From Lama guanicoe (taxonomy: Eukaryota): 64,000 bases of DNA. Shown in pieces: positions 1 to 11,413 of the stretch; within the stretch, counting starts at the first letter, position 1, and every line of letters starts with the position of its first letter. Under the pieces are notes generated by a model that was not told the origin of the DNA, did not search any database, and saw only the letters and a list, made by a program, of their open reading frames with translations. The DNA is taken from positions 5,276,157 to 5,340,156 of the forward strand of contig MU057352.1 in the NCBI GenBank assembly GCA_013239625.1. The letters are read 5' to 3'. Made by a program: the position numbers and the translations under genes.

Positions 1-87
1 TTCAAATGGTAATCGAAAGTAAAGGTGAGGTTTGAGCTCTGAAGTGTCTTGAAGAATCTGATCTGAATGTTGCTCTCTGCTTCAAAG

Positions 88-132
88 GAACCGCACAGAC
101 TCTTCCAGCAAAACCCTGGTACAAGAACCCAG
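88..132 (+). CDS. Candidate 45-nt penultimate coding exon of an unidentified gene (frame uncertain)
   Basis: Acceptor tgctctctgcttcaaAG|G at 87/88 and donor CCAG|GTAAC at 132/133. Upstream donor ATG|GTAATC at 8/9 gives a 79-nt intron. All three frames are open; phase 0 reads EPHRLFQQNPGTRTQ. Confidence 0.45.
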
Positions 133-312
133 GTAACTTTCTAGGGCCTGCTCTAGTAAGAGGAAATGTCATTCTCCTTCCATTTCACAAGACTTTAAAG
201 AAAGGACAGTGGATCTGTTTGTCTCCCATTGCTGCTTAGCTAAAGAATTAAGCAACCCTAGAGAAAGGTCGCTGGTGCTTGCTCACACTCTCTTTCTCTT
301 CCCATATCTGAG

Positions 313-399
313 GATAATTACTACCAGGCAAGGACATTTAGTGTGAATTCACTTAAACAGAGAATCACGGTTTTGCAGTCAGTAGGGGCAAAAGTCTGA
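313..399 (+). CDS. Candidate terminal coding exon portion (phase 0: DNYYQARTFSVNSLKQRITVLQSVGAKV*)
   Basis: Long pyrimidine tract ~287-303 followed by AG at 311-312, with an in-frame alternative CAG at 325-327. Stop TGA at 397-399, then AT-rich repeat-free sequence. Confidence 0.38.
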   Translation, partial: DNYYQARTFSVNSLKQRITVLQSVGAKV

Positions 400-1745
400 T
401 TAGAACTTCATATTGAAAAATGAACTAAATGATATTAAAATATGTTTTCTTAGATTTAACAAGTCTCAGATACAATTGCAAATATGCTCTAATTCTTAAA
501 GAATGAGTTACCTGTGATTTTTCTCAGCATACATTTTCTGACAAAATTATAAATCATAACATCTTTCACTTAACTTGGACTTTTAAAGCCCTATCACAGA
601 AGAGTATTATTAGCTGAGAAGTAATGCTTTAGTAGGGACCAATTTTATAAGTTATCGGTTTAGTAGAGAGTATTTTTACTGCTCAACTTCCTAACTTCAA
701 GGAATTAGAGTAGTTATAAATATACATATAAATACTTATGCCGTATGTCTCCATATACCCTGTAAAGTGTATGCTAGTTAACACAAGTTCCTGTTTTTGT
801 ATTTGAATGGCATTACTGACAATGTTACTCTCTCCTGTGATTGGAGAAGTGGGCACATTATCCAAGTTTTAGTTTCTAAACTCAAAAACCTACCTCCTCC
901 TACTCAATCACAGGCAGTTTTCATAGATTCCTAGTCATTTCTGTAAGCATCTTATGACTGTGTTCACAGAAAAAAATTGACTAGCTAGTTTTTATGTATT
1001 AAATACTAATAATAATCTTGAACACTTATCAAGACTCTGTTCCAAGCACATTCCTATATTGGCTCAGTATTTACCGCAGTGCTGTGACCAACATGCGTAA
1101 CACCATCGCCATTTTGTAATTAAGTTCACGTGCATGCTCTATTTTGTTAGCTACCTGTTGAAATAATGTTTTCTGTAACAGGTCTTCACATGTGGAAATC
1201 CTTTCTCCTTAGTCCTGTCTGAGAAGCATTTCCCTGACCCCAGACAGAAGGTAACTCTGTGTATATAGCTTTCTAGTCCCAATAGTCATTACAGAATCCT
1301 CGACCTGAGTTGGACCTCCTTGGACATCAGCTCAAATGCCTCCCAGCATCCTGACAAGTGACCCCTCGGCCCTCTAATTTGATACTTCCAGTGCTCAGGT
1401 GCTCGGCACCTCCTGGGGCACTTCATTTTTATTTTAAAATAATTATAATTGTTCAAAAATATTTCCTTGTGCCAAGTGGACATGTCTTCCTGTAGCTTCC
1501 ACCCCACTAATCCCAGTTCTGCCATTGTGGGGCTCCCACCCCCAGACAAATCTAACTCCTTTTCTGTGTGGATGTCCTTCATATATTTAAAGTGCCTGAT
1601 CACCTGAACTGCAAGGAGAATCTTCCTGCTGTATCTTTACACCCTGTCATCACTTTTCCAGCAGCCTGTAAGCCTTGAGCCAGTGCTTTTCCTGGAATTG
1701 AGCATCGATTAATAAAGTAAATTAGGACCAACTAAATAAAGGTTA
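400..1745 (+). other. Putative 3' UTR with candidate poly(A) signals
   Basis: AT-rich unique sequence 400-1000. ATTAAA at 998-1003, AATAAA at 1711-1716 and 1735-1740, GT/T-rich tract at ~1802-1835. Confidence 0.33.
1370..1600 (-). mobile_element. L3/CR1 LINE fragment
   Basis: ctgtagcttccaccccactaatcccagttctgcc...caaatctaactccttttc...ccttcatatatttaaag resembles the L3 3' region. Confidence 0.6.
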
Positions 1746-2839
1746 AACACAGGCCAATAAGTCACTTATAAAAATTGTTTGTATAATCATCCAAAACAAA
1801 GGGGTTTTTCTGTTTTTCGTTTGTTTGTTTTTTTACCCCCAGACAACTGCATAAAGGAGGCCTAAACCTGCCAACAAGAATGTGATAAAGGGCTGCAAGG
1901 TTGTTATTTCCACTTCCAGGGCCTGACCCAAGCATCCTTCATACCACTGCTTACAGCTTGAGATCCTGCAGGGGTTGTGCTTCCGAATCAATTCATTTTG
2001 ACAACTGACCTCTTTCTAAAGCAGACGTTCTTTAAGAGAAGGCACTTGTGTTTCAGCAGCCACCTTCTGGCCAACTCCTCCCTCTCAGGAGTAGAAGATG
2101 CTTGATCCAGTGGGAGAAGCAGCCTCGCTCCATGTCCCAGGGCACAGATGGGGGAGGCGGGTGGACAGTGTTAGAGCGGGGAGGTTATCTTTTAGTCTCC
2201 TTGGTTTTTAAGTTGAAGCATGCTTCCAACTTTGGGAGTTCCAGGGTTTTTCTTTGCCCGGCTGTTTCCTCATCTCCCTGGGGGAAAGAATCAGCCTGAA
2301 AGAGTAATAATGTGAAGGATGGTGCCCTCCTCCCCTAGTGAAGGCACTCAAGGCCTGCGGAGGTTGCCCCTGTGGGTCCACAGCTTTAGACCTTCCCAAA
2401 GTCATGTGTGGGACACCGCTAAATGTCCCAGCTACCCCCACTGTGGGTGCAGGGCATGGAGAGCAGGGGTGCTGGAAGAGGACTTAGCAAGGAGCCGGGG
2501 CAGGGGTTATGGCTGCGTGTGAGAGAAAACAGCAATAAAACTGACACTATACTCAAGTCAGGTTTCTAAACACCATTGTTGGGTCCCAGATGGAAGCTAA
2601 GGTTCAGCGCTCCCCTCAAAGTCTCCTGAGCATCCAGGAAGCTTTGTTAGGGGTGAGAAAAGGAAACTGAGAAGCTGGGTGTGTTGCTGGAAAAGTGCAC
2701 ATGGTAACGACTAAATGCTGTTGCACTGGGCTCTGGTCTCAGCTGTCATGTTTCTCTCCCTTCACTTAATTCAAGCTACCCGTGCCCTCTCTTTGTACAG
2801 GAAACTGAGGCACACAGAAAGGAGTTTAAAAACAAGTCA

Positions 2840-3970
2840 CACACATTGGGTCTGGCAATGAGTTCTTGGATATGACACAAAAGACACAGGCAATGAGAGA
2901 AAAAAATTAGACTTTGTGAAAATTGTAATTTTTGTGCATCAAAGGACACTATCAAAAGAATTAAAAGGCAACCCAAAGAATGGGAAAAAAATATTTGCAA
3001 ATCACATATCTGATAACAGATTGATATCTAGAATATATAGAGAACTTATGAAACTCAACAACAAAAAATACCTGATTGAANNNNNNNNNNNNNNNNNNNN
3101 NNNNNNNNNNNNNNNNNNNNNNNNNNNNNNNNNNNNNNNNNNNNNNNNNNNNNNNNNNNNNNNNNNNNNNNNNNNNNNNNNNNNNNNNNNNNNNNNNNNN
3201 NNNNNNNNNNNNNCACCCCTTCAGATGGCTGTAATCCGAACACAAACACACAAGCAATAAAACCATGATTTGGGGTTGTGAAGAAAAGGGAACACCACTG
3301 CTGGGGATGTGAGATGGTGCAGCTGCTGTGGAAAGTAGTGTAGTGGCTCCTCATAAAATTAAAAAAGGATTTACTGTATGATCCAGCCATTCCTCTTTGG
3401 GTAAGTACCCAAAAGAGTTGAAAGCAGGGTCTCAAGAACATGTTTGTAACGCCATACCCATAGCAGCATTATTCCTAGTAGCTAAAATGTGAAAGCAACC
3501 CAAGTTGAACAGATAAGCAAAATGTGGTACATAAACACAGTGGAGGAAGGAAGCGCGGATATATGCTACAACATGGATGAAACTGGACATGATGCTAAGT
3601 GAAATAAGTTAGTCATAATTACATGCTGTATGAATGCTATGGACTGAATGTGTCCTCTCAAACTCCACATGTTGAGAACCTAACCTCCAATGTGATGGTC
3701 TTAGGAGGTGATGAATGGGATTAGTGCCCTTAAAAAGGAGACCCTAGGGAGCTCCCTTACCCCTTCCACCGTGTGCAGACTCAGCAGAAGACAGCCCTCT
3801 AGGAGCCAGGAAGTGGTGCACACTGGATACCTAGCCTACAGGCATCTTGATTTTGGACTGCCTAGCCTCTAGAACTGTGAGGAAATAAATGTTTGTTGTT
3901 TAAGCCATTCAGTCCATGACATTTTTTCCTGAATGAGCTAAGATACCAGGTACCCACAGTAATCAAAATC
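2840..3970 (+). mobile_element. Old L1 (L1MA/MB-like) ORF2 end and 3' UTR, interrupted by an LTR
   Basis: ORF 2916-3260 gives KKIFANHISDNRLISRIYREL (L1 ORF2 C-terminus). Also tatgatccagccattcctct and gctaagtgaaataag. Resumes at 3947 with ggtacccacagtaatcaaaatc. Confidence 0.9.
3635..3946 (+). mobile_element. ERVL-MaLR solo LTR (MLT1A/MST-like) nested in L1
   Basis: Begins tgctatggactgaatgtgtcc; contains cctctagaactgtgaggaaataaatgtttgttgtttaagcca; ends ctaagata. Confidence 0.85.
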
Positions 3971-4290
3971 NNNNNNNNNNNNNNNNNNNNNNNNNNNNNN
4001 NNNNNNNNNNNNNNNNNNNNNNNNNNNNNNNNNNNNNNNNNNNNNNNNNNNNNNNNNNNNNNNNNNNNNNNNNNNNNNNNNNNNNNNNNNNNNNNNNNNN
4101 NNNNNNNNNNNNNNNNNNNNNNNNNNNNNNNNNNNNNNNNNNNNNNNNNNNNNNNNNNNNNNNNNNNNNNNNNNNNNNNNNNNNNNNNNNNNNNNNNAAA
4201 AGTTGGGGGTGTGTGTGAGGGCTGTGGCCATTCCTGGAGGCTGGGCTCACCATGTGCTCGCAAGAAGCTGGGGTCTTTACTCCTGATTAG

Positions 4291-4470
4291 AGCAGTGGTT
4301 CCCAGGCATGGGTGCTCATGAGCTGTCCTGTACCCAGCGAGCTCAGATACAGATGCCTGAGCCCCACCATACAGATCCTGATTTGGCCTCTCTTGGGTGG
4401 GGCCTGGGAGTCAGTATTTTCCAAACACACCTCAAGGGGTTTTGATAATCAAGCGAATGTGGGAGCTGCC
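4291..4470. mobile_element. MER5-family hAT-Charlie MITE
   Basis: cagtggttccc...cagatgcctgagcccc...gggtggggcctgggagtcagtattttcc. Confidence 0.7.
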
Positions 4471-4934
4471 GGGCTGGATCGTTAGGAAGCCTTTGTTATT
4501 AACCTCAGCTAATTCTAGGCAACTGCTTATCTGGACTCAGATTCAACTATAAAGCTGCACAACACACCGGGGTGTAGCCCTGGAACGTCTCTTGCCATTA
4601 ATTCAGATTAATATATATAAAGTGCCCACCCTGTGCCTGTGTTGTACTGGAAACGGGGGTGTGTCAGAAGAGGCGGGGTCGCAGCTCTCACAGAGCATGT
4701 GGTCCAGCAGAGATGGATGAGACCCCCTCTCGTCCCCCCCAAGCTCTCCCCTTTCCACCAGCCTTCACTCCCTTGCATTTTTTATTTCCCAGCCTGCTCA
4801 TTGATGTAAACTTCTTTCAGAGCTAGATCCGTGTCCAGTTCATTTCTAGGCTGTCGTTTTCTCTTGGACCTACCCCCACACTCATTGCCCACGCTTAGTG
4901 GTAACGGTTTGCACTCAGTAAATGTCTATTAAAG

Positions 4935-5200
4935 AGATTCATTCATTCACCCAACAAATATTTACAGAGCACCTGCTATGCACGAGGCTTGGTTGTAGGT
5001 TCCGGGGCCATGAGGAGGGTGAAGTGGCGAGGTGGCTAAGGTATAAAATTTAAGCAGACACTCCCTCTGGGGTCATGCAAGAGCAAGGCCGGCACCTGAG
5101 AGTGAGCACCTCCTTCAATTTGGTGCCCTAGGTGCCTCGCTTGTCTCACCCTAATCCCAGCCCTAGGTGCTGCGGATGCAGCCATGAACAAAACAGAGAG
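4935..5200 (-). mobile_element. L2 3' end, interrupted by a MITE
   Basis: attcattcattcacccaacaaatatttacagagcacctgctatg...aggtgctgcggatgcagccatgaacaaaacag. Confidence 0.7.
5003..5165. mobile_element. MER96-like hAT-Tip100 palindromic MITE
   Basis: Imperfect inverted arms agggtgaag...taaaatttaag and cctccttcaattt...ctcaccctaatcccagccct. Confidence 0.6.
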
Positions 5201-5320
5201 AGCTGGATCTAAGCAAACTCTCCCTCCTCCCAGGGTCTTTGTGGGACTCTCTGCATGTTGCCTTTCCTTAAGTCTCCTTCATTCTGTGCCATCTGCCTTC
5301 CTAACTAGACTGTAAAGTCT

Positions 5321-5423
5321 TTTTTTTTTTTAATGATGTACTGGGGATTGAACCCAGAACCTCCTGCACGCTAAGCACACGTTCTACCACTGAGCTATCT
5401 GCGCCCACCCCCTAATCTGGCCC
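5321..5423 (-). mobile_element. tRNA-Ala-derived SINE (camelid Vic-1 type) with poly(A) and TSD
   Basis: Minus strand reads tagctcagtggtagaacgtgtgcttagcgtgcaggaggttctgggttcaatccccagtac then an A-tail. TSD agactgt(a/g)aagtctt at 5307-5321 and 5424-5438. Confidence 0.88.
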
Positions 5424-6586
5424 AGACTGTGAAGTCTTATTCTGGTCTGCCTCTCCCTCTTCCCCAACCCACCTCCACAAGCATTCTGCCTAGGGCAATG
5501 TTTTCCAGAACCTTGTCCTTGACCATCTGCATGGGAATCCCTCATGGCACCTGTTTAAAATGCAGCTTCCCAGTGTCACCTATTAAGTCAGGTTCCTTGA
5601 CGGTGAAACTCAGCAGTCTGCATCATTGACAAGGTCCCTGAGTAATCGAGTCATGTTAATGCATATGGATCCCTGGCCCACTGATTTGTTCCGTCAGTAC
5701 TAATAAAACTGACTGATACTAGGGGAGAAGACAGAAGGAGGAAGGAATTTTGAATGTGCTTCAGTTTCTTTGTGATTCCATTCACAAAGGCAGAAGAGGC
5801 AGCTTGGGAAGGGGGCAGTCTGGAGGTGGGGCATGCTTGCCTTGACTCTGACCCTGCGCAGCTCTGCGGGGAGATCTCTCAGCTCAGCCGTGCACCTTAG
5901 CTGGGCCGCTCCAGGCCCTGTCTCATCCTCCTTTGAGATTTATCAGGTTGCCTGCCTTGCCTCCCCAAGGAGCTAGAGGCTGGCATTGCTGGTAGCTTTG
6001 GCAGCTGGGTCAAAAATTTTCATGGAGCCAGGGTGGAAGTGGTGTGTAGGCAGGTGGCCGGGGGGAGTGTTTAAGAGCATCAGGACAAATAAGGAACATA
6101 GGAGGGTCTGTAAATCTGGTCCTCCCTGACCTCTAGGGCAGGCACCTGCCATTTTCACTTGCTTCACATAGTGCCCTGCCCAGATGCCCATACACTTTGG
6201 GGTGTCGGGTGCATACTGTTTAATAGGATCATCTGAATGAGATGTCAATTGTGTCAGTTACCAGTAAACCCAGTTTGCAGGGTGGAGCACACTTTGGCTT
6301 TCCCAATCCATTAGCTCCTTGGCAGCATCAGAGTGAGGTTCTTCTGCCATCCAGGCACACCCAGCTCCCTCAGAGAGTTCAGGAGTGGATTAAAAATCTG
6401 CTGTTGGAAGATCCAAGCAGGGAGGTGGAGGACTCGTCAAAATCCAGCTCAAGAGGGAACTTGGGGTTATGTTGGGTCACCGTTCCAGGGCCCCAAAATG
6501 GCAGATAATTGTTCAAGGACTTCCAATAGCAGGCCATTGGAGTTGAATTGATTAATAAATTATTTATCTGCTTGGAAGGTTGGGGA

Positions 6587-6830
6587 CAGTGGTTTTCGAG
6601 ATTTCGTGTGGATCAGTATCACCTACAGAGCTTGTTATACCAGAAACAAATACAACATTGTAAATCAGCTCTGCTTCAATAAAACAAAAAACAAACAAAC
6701 AAAAATAGGCGCCCAGACTCCACCTTGGAATCTTGAGAAATGAAGCTCCAAATCTGTCTTTTCAGCAGCTCCTCAAGCAGTTCTCCTACACACACGTCTC
6801 AGAACCTGCGGCGCTTTGATCTAGGACTCT
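6587..6830. mobile_element. MER5-like MITE carrying a ~70-bp L1 3' tip (6638-6707)
   Basis: cagtggttttc...atcagtatcacct...cttgtta | taccagaaacaaatacaacattgtaaatcagc...aataaaacaaaaaac | ...aatctgtcttttcagcagctcc. Confidence 0.7.
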
Positions 6831-6989
6831 GCAGTGTTTGTTTCTTTATTCTGCCCTCACCCACCGACTTTTCTAAAACGAAAGTACCTTTCCCAGATCC
6901 CCTTCCCTGTAACGCTGAGTTAGAATTGGCCAAAGGAGGAACTCGTACAAGATCTGGAAGATGGATATGAAGGGGCAGCCATTACTCTC

Positions 6990-7420
6990 AGAAGGCGGTC
7001 AGGGTTAAGTGCAGTGACAGGCAGACACATGGTGACGGGTTCCAGCTTCTCCGCCCTCTCCTCCAGCCAGTCCACTCCTCTCTCGACTGCTGGCTCTAGA
7101 ACCAACAGCAGCTCCAGACCCTCCCTCAGATGGACCCCCAGAGGAGGGACCCAGAGAGGGCACATGGCCCCGCCCCCAGTACCCCACCCCCCACAGAGCC
7201 CTCCCTCAGGCTTCTCTTTGCGATCCCTTCTCAGTGATGGGGTCTCCTTAGCTTGTCCGACCGGCTGCTTGGTGGCTCCTTCTCTGACCCTCCAGTCCCC
7301 CCTAGGCCTTCACCTCCCCAACTCCTTCCCAGAGGTGAGTCAGGTCTAACTCCTAGAATAAATCCCTCATCTCAGAACTCACAGGGGCTCCTGCTCCCTG
7401 AGTGAACCCTGACTGACCAG
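6990..7420 (+). mobile_element. ERVL LTR (LTR16/LTR33-like)
   Basis: 3' end aataaatccctc...ctgctccctgagtgaaccctgactga. Confidence 0.5.
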
Positions 7421-7984
7421 TCAAGAAACACTTCCTGTGTCCAAAGTAAAGCAAGAGTTGGGAATTCACCTTCCATTCAGATCCAAAGAAATGTACATGG
7501 GATGTTAAGCTGTGTAGACACCATGAAAGCAGTTAGAGACAGCTCAGTCAGTCCTGCCTTCCATGACTGCAGGGTAACTGAAAAATATGATCCCCCTGGA
7601 TTTTCTGCAGACAAATACTGCATGTTGGGCAGATGAGAAGAAGGTGCCCTCTTTGGGAAGCATTAGTAAAAGTCACCCCTTCCTTCCTGCAGCTTTTCCT
7701 TTTAGTCTGGGTGCTTTTGTGCAGACCACAACCTGCATATAGCTGCCCTGGGTACATATTCTGTCTGTTGATGTCAAGGGGCCATGAGTCCGGCCCCCAA
7801 CTGCTTTCCTAGTATCGTCAAGCATCAACAGGTCATAAAACAGTCCCAGCAAAACATTTCAGGAAGGGAGAACTTCCATGGCTCACTGCACAATTTTCTC
7901 TGCCCCCAAGGCCATGGCAGCCATCCTCTCCTGACCATTCACATTCACAGGCTCTGGTAGAATCCTGCATTTCCCTTACCACAG

Positions 7985-8150
7985 CCCTCACTCCACTGTA
8001 GTGTTACTGTTTATTTCATATCTGTATTACCCACCAGACAGTGAGTTCCCAGAGGACAGGGTCTCTGATTTGGTTGCCTTTGGATCCCCAGTGACCAGTA
8101 CGGCACCTGGCACAGAAGAGCTTGCAATAAATGTTCGTGGAGTGAATTGA
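7985..8150 (+). mobile_element. L2 3' end
   Basis: gtgagttcccagaggacagg...gcacctggcacagaagagcttgcaataaatgttcgtggagtgaat. Confidence 0.75.
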
Positions 8151-8179
8151 TGGACCAAGCAAAGCTAAAGGAGAACTCC

Positions 8180-8958
8180 TGTTTTCCTCAACTCCTCAGA
8201 CTTCTGATACCAGGTGTGGGTTTTTCCACATCTAGCAAATCTGCAGTTCTCAGTAGATACCAACTGGGTGTCTTACAATTAAACTCAATTCTGACACTAA
8301 CTGCTTGGAGTTAGCACAGACCTCACAGGTTATGGACTCAGTCCCAGTCAAGTCCCACATCAGACGCCAATCACAAGTCCCAGGTTGTCACCTGTACTTC
8401 TCACCAACCAGGTATGAATCAAGGATTCTCATGACCCCTCTTCAGCTTTGAGAATCTGTTAAAACTGCTCATAGAACTTACATATATTTACTGGTTTACC
8501 ATGGAGGACATAATAAAGGATACAGACGAACAGCCAGATGAAGAGGTACATACTCTGGGGTCTGGAAGTGTCCCAAGAGCAGGAGCTTTTGCACCCATGG
8601 AGCTGGGGTGCATCACCCTCCCAGAGCATGGACGTGCTCACCAACCTGGAAGCTCTCTAAGCCCCATAGATCAGGGATCTTCATGGAGGCTTCACCATGT
8701 GGCCACGATCCATTATTAATTCATCTCCAGTCCTTCCCCTTCCCCAGAGAAATGGGGGGGGGCTGAAAACTCCTCATCTCTAATCATGACTTGGTCTTTC
8801 TGGTGACCAGCCCCATCCTGAAGCCACTCAGGAGCCCACCAAGCATCACCCCATTAGAACAAATGTTGTTCCTGTCACCCAGGAAACTCCTAGGGATTCA
8901 AGAGCCCTGTGTCAGGACCTGGGGGCAGAGACCAAATGTACGTTTCCTATTGTGTCAC
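8180..8958 (-). mobile_element. MER21-family ERVL solo LTR
   Basis: accaactgggtgtcttacaattaaactcaattctgacactaactgcttggagttagcacagacc...cagccagatgaagaggtacata...gggcagagaccaaat. Confidence 0.85.
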
Positions 8959-9814
8959 TAGAGGTCATATCTGGTTCTGGAGCTGGCACTTTCCTCTCAT
9001 GCTATACCCTTATTTGAAAGGGGCAGGAGCCAAGGACCAGATCTTTGCCTCCCTTAGAGTATGCGATTCACTCACTGAGAGACAGGCCAGCTACTGGGGA
9101 CCATGGAGCTTTCTGGTCTGAGGCCTTCATTGGTGCTTGGTCAACCTTAGCTGTCATAGCTACATCCAGGTTAAAAAAATACGTGACATAAGGACCCCCA
9201 ATTCATTCTCCAGTGAATGATCACTAATCTGTTATGGCCCTCAAGTCTTCTCAAGACACCACCCTAGATAGTTACTGCCAACTGCTCAGAGTTGCTAGAC
9301 TAAATGGAAGCCACATCTCAGCCGTATTTTTGTTTGCAGGAAGGTCTTTGTCAAAGAATACTAAAAAGTAAAGTAGAAACTGAGTCATAAATAAGTGGAC
9401 CCCAAGTTTATCCAACTTAAGTAACCAATAAACTGACCACAAATAACCATCTTTTTCCTACCAAATGAAATAGGAAAAAAGATGGCTTGTTTGTATGACA
9501 TGGCACAGCTGTAAATGGGGAGTTGATTTGGACCTAAATGCCTGGGGACAAGACTTCCCTTCTGGGGTCTGCTTCACTGCAGAGACTTCTCCCCCTGCCC
9601 CAATACACCGTCTGGTTCATCCTGACTCTGGCGGGGCCATTAAGGGTCTCCGGATGCTGCCCATCTGCCTGCTCTGCTGGTGCCTCGCTTCAGTCGCAGA
9701 GCTAGGCATTTGGTAGGGGTGAATCTGCTGTCGGGCGAGGAGGGGAACGGAGGGAAGGGGAGAGGCAGGCCTGTGGAGCAATGGAAGGAGGTGGATGGGA
9801 GGGAGGCAACCACT

Positions 9815-10100
9815 GGGCTTCTTGCTCCAGTTCTGCCACTTAGTAACCTGGGACTTGGGACAAGTCAACAGTCTGAGCCTCTATTTCCTCATCTGTGAAG
9901 GAGGTGAGGGAAAGAGTAATTGTTAGTTGCATGTAGGTATCTCATTGGGATAATGAGAACATCAAAGTAAATTGATCGGCTGATGTAAAAGTGCCTTAAG
10001 TGAGAGAGGGGAAGGTTTTGTTCTATTCACTGCTTCATCACCCAGAGCCTGGCCCATAGCATAGTGGGGTGTTGAGTTAAATGTTTATTGAATGAATAAA
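9815..10100 (+). mobile_element. MIR followed by L2 3' end
   Basis: tctgagcctctatttcctcatctgtgaa; aaatgtttattgaatgaataaa. Confidence 0.7.
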
Positions 10101-10766
10101 TGTGAACACAAACACTTTCTCCTCTAGGGGTAGAGAGGGGAATGATATTAGAGGGAGCACACAGTGAGCTTCAAAGATGGTGGTGATAGTCTACATCTAT
10201 GGCAGCATAGAGGGTCCTGCTTCATTGGTACTCTGTGTGCGTGCATGCTGAATATTCTTTTATACGTATTTAATGTCTCGTTAAAGCACCTTTTAAAAAT
10301 TAATGCAAAAAGAACAAAGTAGAGAGGAAAAAGTCCAGAAAAGTACCTTGCCAAAAGAAGATAGCAGTATTGCAACTCTTGATGTTCTTCTACACAAGCA
10401 GTAAAACTGTTCTGAGTGACCTCACTTAATTTATCAAGGTCCTGTGTTTGGACCAAGCATTGCTGAAGGGAGAGGAATTCACAGAAAGAAAGTTACAACA
10501 GAAACAAAGACTTGGTGGAATCTACCTTTCAAAGAGAGAGTATGTAGGCTGATCTTTTTGTGTGAAGTCACTGCCTTTCATTTATGTGCGGGTCACACCT
10601 GAGCCTGGTCAAGGTACAGCATGGGTAAGCCGCTGTGTCTTGACTGGTGCAGTGGCCTCTGCCTTGCTTTACCTTGCTAGTTCCTACTTGTCATTCAAGA
10701 CTTATACCAGAGAAGTTTTTCTCTGAACTGCCACACTGGCATCCTGCCGCCTTAGCTCATCTGTGG

Positions 10767-10994
10767 CAGTGGTTCTCAGTAGGGGTTGACTTTGTTCTTC
10801 AGGGGACATCTGGCCACGTTTAGAGACATTTTACTGTCATGGTTGGGTGGGGTGGGATGGGGGTATACCGCTGGCATGGAGCTGGTAGTGGCCAGGGATG
10901 CTGCCTGAGCATTCTACAACGCACAGCACAGCTGCCCCCGCAACAGAGGCTCCATGATCCAAAGTGTCCGTAGTGCCACTGCTGAGAATCCCTG
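10767..10994 (+). mobile_element. MER20 hAT-Charlie element
   Basis: cagtggttctca...caggggacatctggcca...gccagggatgctgc...tgagaatccctg. Confidence 0.88.
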
Positions 10995-11120
10995 GGATTT
11001 TCTGCGTCTCACTCAGACGCAGAAAATCACTCACTCACTGACACCCAAGCTCATCCTGGGTATCACCTGAGCCCTGATGGGTTCAGCCTTTCATCCTCAA
11101 CACCAGCACGCTGCTTGGAA

Positions 11121-11146
11121 ACACACACACACACACACACACACAC
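11121..11146. repeat. (AC)13 microsatellite
   Basis: Direct reading. Confidence 0.97.
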
Positions 11147-11314
11147 GTATTTTCCCATTCGTTCATTCCCCTTCTGTGTAAGGTGCAGTACTCCCTGGAT
11201 ATGCTCTCAAGGAGCTTTGTAATCAAGTGGAGGAAAAGGTCATGTAAATACCTAATTGTACAAATGACAGACTGAAAACAGCGTCGTATAGATATAGTGC
11301 TTTGGGAGAATGAT

Positions 11315-11413
11315 TATTAGGTTGAACCAAATGAAGTTGCTGACATTCTACCTTTTTGACTGGAAAAATGGCAATTTTACATGGTTTACCCACAAATGTG
11401 GTTAACCCTAAAT
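11315..11413. mobile_element. MADE2 mariner MITE
   Basis: tattaggttgaaccaaatgaagttgc...aaaaatggcaattttacatggtt. Confidence 0.8.

Noticed and set aside
388-399. C-terminal AKV as a peroxisomal targeting signal
   Set aside because: The reading frame and gene identity are unconfirmed, and AKV is a non-canonical PTS1.
5335-5410. Functional tRNA-Ala gene
   Set aside because: Poly(A) tail, TSD and a disrupted acceptor stem indicate a SINE.
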